Positions 52,695 through 56,511 of a stretch of DNA of 56,511 nucleotides are shown piece after piece. Numbering within the stretch: the stretch's first letter is position 1; every line of letters begins with the position of its first letter. The stretch spans positions 1 to 56,511 of the forward strand of contig NOWV01000305.1 in the NCBI GenBank assembly GCA_003344405.1, written 5' to 3'. The position numbers and the translations under genes were made by a program. The notes under the pieces are model-generated. The model saw only the letters and a list, made by a program, of their open reading frames with translations, did not search any database and was not told the origin of the DNA. This DNA is from Trichoplax sp. H2 (taxonomy: Eukaryota).

Positions 52695-54736
52695 ATGGCT
52701 GAGTGGAATCAAAGACAAGAATTATCATATATGACTGATAGTATACCTATAAATACATCGATAATTTCCAGTAGCAGTAACAACGAAGATATAGGCAAGA
52801 GGTACCATAAAGTGTATGCATATTATCCAATTTTGTCTCGTTTATAAAAGTTGCAATTTGCTCTTCCTAAATGTAATTATGGTTATACTATACTTCAATC
52901 GCTAGTCCTATTCAGAAAGACATCAATTCTCAGAATAAGACATCAGAAGTTGGCAATCAGTATGTCTATTCTAGAACAAAACCAAAAAGTTACGCATTTA
53001 TGCATATGAAAAAAAAATTAAAAGATAAAAATAATAAAACATGTAACGACACCAATAGTATCGATGGCAAAACACTCAATTCGCCAAAGAGGGAAATTCA
53101 ATTCTCATCCAGAGCGAGCACTCTCTCTAATCAAGACATAATTCTTACTGATGATAACGGTGAAAGAGAGTCTACATGGAATTATACAAGCCAACCCCCA
53201 ACTCAAGTACCGGCACATATTAATCCGAAAGTTTACGAAGAATATGATAATGTATACGACTTCGAGCCAAATAATGAATCATTTAATTATGATTATCATT
53301 TAGATGAATACCCTAATGAATATAACGATATGGAGAACAGCAACACACCAACAAATGCCGACTTAAATGTTAGCTATTCTTCCGTAGGTAGTAATATTAG
53401 AACATATCGATCAGATCATAGCACAGGGCAAGAATCCAACTACAAGCCATACAATTTGCAAGATTATAAACGTATTGCTGACAAAAGTAACAAACTAGGA
53501 GGGTTAGGTCCAGATAAACTAAATAATGAATACCAAGAAAAGGTATATGAAGTGTTATCTAATGCTGAATTATAGCTCTTGTACATCACGCTGATCTTTG
53601 ATCTATATAACATGTAGCAAGAACGGGCTTTCAAGCAACAAGAATATGCAAAATTAATCCGTCAACAACATTTGAAGGAGAAACAACGCTGGATCAGTAG
53701 AAACGCAAATAAGGAAGCTAATAATCAAAAACAACTATCAAGAGCGAAATTGGTATGGCAATATCGATCAATTATATATCATATGTTACTAAGGACTTTT
53801 AAATTGAATGAAAGCATACGTACAAACACATACCCGTATGATTGATTTTGTACTATCACAAGCATATATTGCAATTGCAAATTATTTATAGATTATGTCT
53901 TATAGCTTTCTTACATCTTTAGAAAATCCTTCGATCGTGCATTATCTAGTATTTCGAACTTCTGTAACTAAACCTATACTTTATAATGCTTACGACATGA
54001 ATTTAGGTACTATTGAAAAGAGAACTATTACTGTAGTGCTGCAATTCATCGAAAAGGCCATTTAATTAAACGATACACAATTCAGGGACCTATATTGCTA
54101 CACAGCGGATTAGTGTTTAGTTTCGCTAGGCAGTTATCCTTTAAAATCGAAATTTTTCTTTATATAAGTACATGAAGATAATAAAGTAATACGTGATTAG
54201 GATTTCGTATTAAGGAAATAACACGATGGATCTCTTTAAGCTACTATAGAAAGGTTCAATCAATGCTACCTCTATTATGAGAAATCTACTTACTAAAAAC
54301 TCACCGAGTAGCTATTAACAGCCATTTGAATTACTCTTTCTGATGATTAATTTAGACATTTAATGCAATTAAATAATCATTATTGATTATCTAGGCAGCT
54401 GAATATGCTAAAAATATACCCCGACCAAAACCCGCTGCTAAGCCGAAGGAGACTACCGATAACAAAGCATCATTAACAACAAAAAAAGGAAATCCTCAAA
54501 CACGAAAAAAGTCGACAGAATTTAGCAACCGCAAAGTCGCGGTAAATTCGGCAGCTCGAAGCTTCACTTCAAAACATTCCATGACTATCTCCTCCGATAA
54601 TTTGGCAAATTTCGTTCAAGATACAGAAAATGCTGATGCTGATGATACAAAACTATCAGTAATTGAAATGCTAAAACAAAGACATGAGAGAGATAAATTA
54701 GCTGCTGCAAAAATAAAACAAAATCTAAAACTATAA
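52695..54736 (+). CDS. JHY: Jhy protein homolog (motile cilia factor), ~406 aa
   Basis: Exons 52695-52801, 52906-53542, 53618-53752, 54395-54736(TAA). Motifs YKPYNLQDY..LGGLGPD, KQQEYAK, AEYAKNIPRPK and LKQRHERDK match the recalled conserved JHY C-terminal region. Confidence 0.82.
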
Positions 54737-55089
54737 TAAGTTCATAATCGTTCAAACTCATTCAATATATCAAAGAGTACCTTATTAAGAAATTTCGCTT
54801 TATTTTTCTGGTAATTGAACGAAATTAACATGATACCTGCAGTATTTATAATGGCTAGATCCTTTAAAATCAACTCTGAACAATTTTAACCTATTGCGAT
54901 GTACATTTGTAATATATTTCAAATTATTAGATATCCAAGGCTTAGTGTCAGATTGTTATTTAGAATCGTTCGTATAAATTGACATAGTAGATGTTTATTA
55001 CAGTTAACAAAATCTAATTTCAATGCAATGTAACTATTCAATATGTAATATATACTAAGCGTGTATATTTACTCTTGTAATTATATCAA

Positions 55090-55810
55090 ATTACTTCTGC
55101 CTGCATCAATACTACTTGCAGCATGATGCTAACGCTATTATATTCACAAATAAAATAGATTTTATATCTATGAAGACTTGTATCTGCAGATAGAATTTCA
55201 CTCTTACATTCTTAATGAAGTACCGTAATAGTTCAATAATACGTAACTGCTAAGTTTCATTTCTCATGATTTCACCAAGAAAACTATAAATAGGTTAGAA
55301 TGCACATTTTGTATATGCCACAGAAGCGATTTCTGATGCTATTTCATTCCTTAATTTTGCAAGTACCTTAACTTAGCTATAACGTGTGGAATATTACTAC
55401 ATTTATTATAAATTAAGTCTTTATTTAAAGCTTACATCAAAATAGTGTCCAATAACTAAAATTTAGGCTTTAATATCTAAAAATAAGTTTATTAACACGA
55501 TTACGGTAATATTCTCAAAGTTAACGCTTGGCTAACTGAATATAGTAATATCAAATAAGTCGTAAAGTGTCAGCTTCTTTTCTGATATACTAATAGATCA
55601 AAGCTGATCTTGTATACGGTACTTGATTTATTAGAGATTCGTAGCTTGTGGAAAAGCCGACTATAAGTGCACAAGGCTTGATTAATTAAATTTAATACCC
55701 CTTTGTATACCTTTGAGAAATCTGCTCTACAAAGACGATTATTATGAACAAAGTAGAAGGCTAGAAATAAAATCAAATATTTCGTCCACTTTAATTGCTC
55801 GTATTCTACT
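55090..55810 (-). pseudogene. Decayed protein-kinase N-lobe exons (receptor-kinase remnant)
   Basis: Colinear fragments: VEYEQLKWTKYL / RADFSKVYKGVL (subdomain I); ATA GCT aa GTT AAG GTA CTT = IA[+2 nt]VKVL at ~55361-55380 (II); exon-like 55283-55208 FLGEIMRNET*QLRIIELL (III-IV); exon-like from 55183 KIYFICEY (V). The fragments contain a stop and a frameshift. Confidence 0.55.
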
Positions 55811-56043
55811 TGAATTAACACAAAGTATTCGATCAATACATATAATATACAATCATTTTATTTCTACATCATAATCATGAAACCTGTATATCTCATAATA
55901 TCTATAATTTTTCTGGCCTAGAATAATATCATCAAGCATCCCCCCAAAATATTATACAACTATATCAACCTATTCATTATTTGTTAACAAAATACTTTGG
56001 TAGTATTTTTCAGTAATTTACATACGAGTATTTAACAATGGAA

Positions 56044-56511
56044 TTATTTAATTCCCAAATCTTTGGTACTTCTCTTATATTCGATATCAGATTGATAAAA
56101 TATTGAGCGACGCCTTTTTCGAGTAATAGAAGGCCCAAATACTGAATCTGATATTTTTTGGCGATATTTACAGCAACATACAACTATTACAGTAATAATT
56201 ACAAATGCCGCTAAGCAAGATATTAGAATAGGATAGAACAAATTATTATTTTCACTTGGTGGTATTGAAGATAAAGCGCTAGATTGCGTGGATGACGGTC
56301 CTTTATGATGTGATTGTGGTGTTGGTTGGTTAAGTGATTGTAACGAATGTTCCTTTGATGTAGATGTTGGTTTAATGGTGATTACTTTAGATGGTATTTG
56401 ATCTAATAGCTTTGTTGACAATAATGAAGTTGTTGTCGACAAAGTTAATCGCCAATTCGATGATATTGAAGTTGAATATGAAGATGATGTAGTCATTAAA
56501 GTGGAAGATAT
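56044..56511 (-). CDS. 3' part of a single-pass membrane protein (Ser/Thr-rich stalk, TM, basic juxtamembrane); 5' end lies outside the window
   Basis: The ORF is open to the window edge. It has a mucin-like S/T stretch, hydrophobic ILISCLAAFVIITVIVVCC, then KYRQK, and TAA at 56044-56046. Confidence 0.7.
   Translation of the reverse strand: MSSTLMTTSSSYSTSISSNWRLTLSTTTSLLSTKLLDQIPSKVITIKPTSTSKEHSLQSLNQPTPQSHHKGPSSTQSSALSSIPPSENNNLFYPILISCLAAFVIITVIVVCCCKYRQKISDSVFGPSITRKRRRSIFYQSDIEYKRSTKDLGIK

Overview
AT-rich, intron-dense animal genomic DNA. The compact genes, short GT-AG introns and metazoan gene set fit a placozoan such as Trichoplax, but this is inference only. Splicing by hand gives 8 complete genes: a small ankyrin-repeat protein (+), IGHMBP2 helicase (-), CENATAC/CCDC84 (+), DNAAF8/Daap1 with NDK-like domains (-), an NCAM/Fasciclin-II-like 2xIg+4xFN3 membrane protein (-), an unusual RRM plus CD2BP2-type GYF protein (-), TOMM40 (+) and JHY (+). 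At the right edge is the 3' part of a single-pass receptor followed by decayed protein-kinase exons. Several degenerate tandem repeats lie in introns and intergenic DNA, and the first ~8 kb has no supportable gene. The most notable observations are: the RRM-GYF fusion with a split GYF domain; a strand-symmetric (GTACW)n array with GGACGGACC boxes in divergent promoters; RFX X-boxes upstream of both ciliary genes; and a receptor kinase losing its kinase domain. Homology calls rest on recalled motifs; no database search was run.
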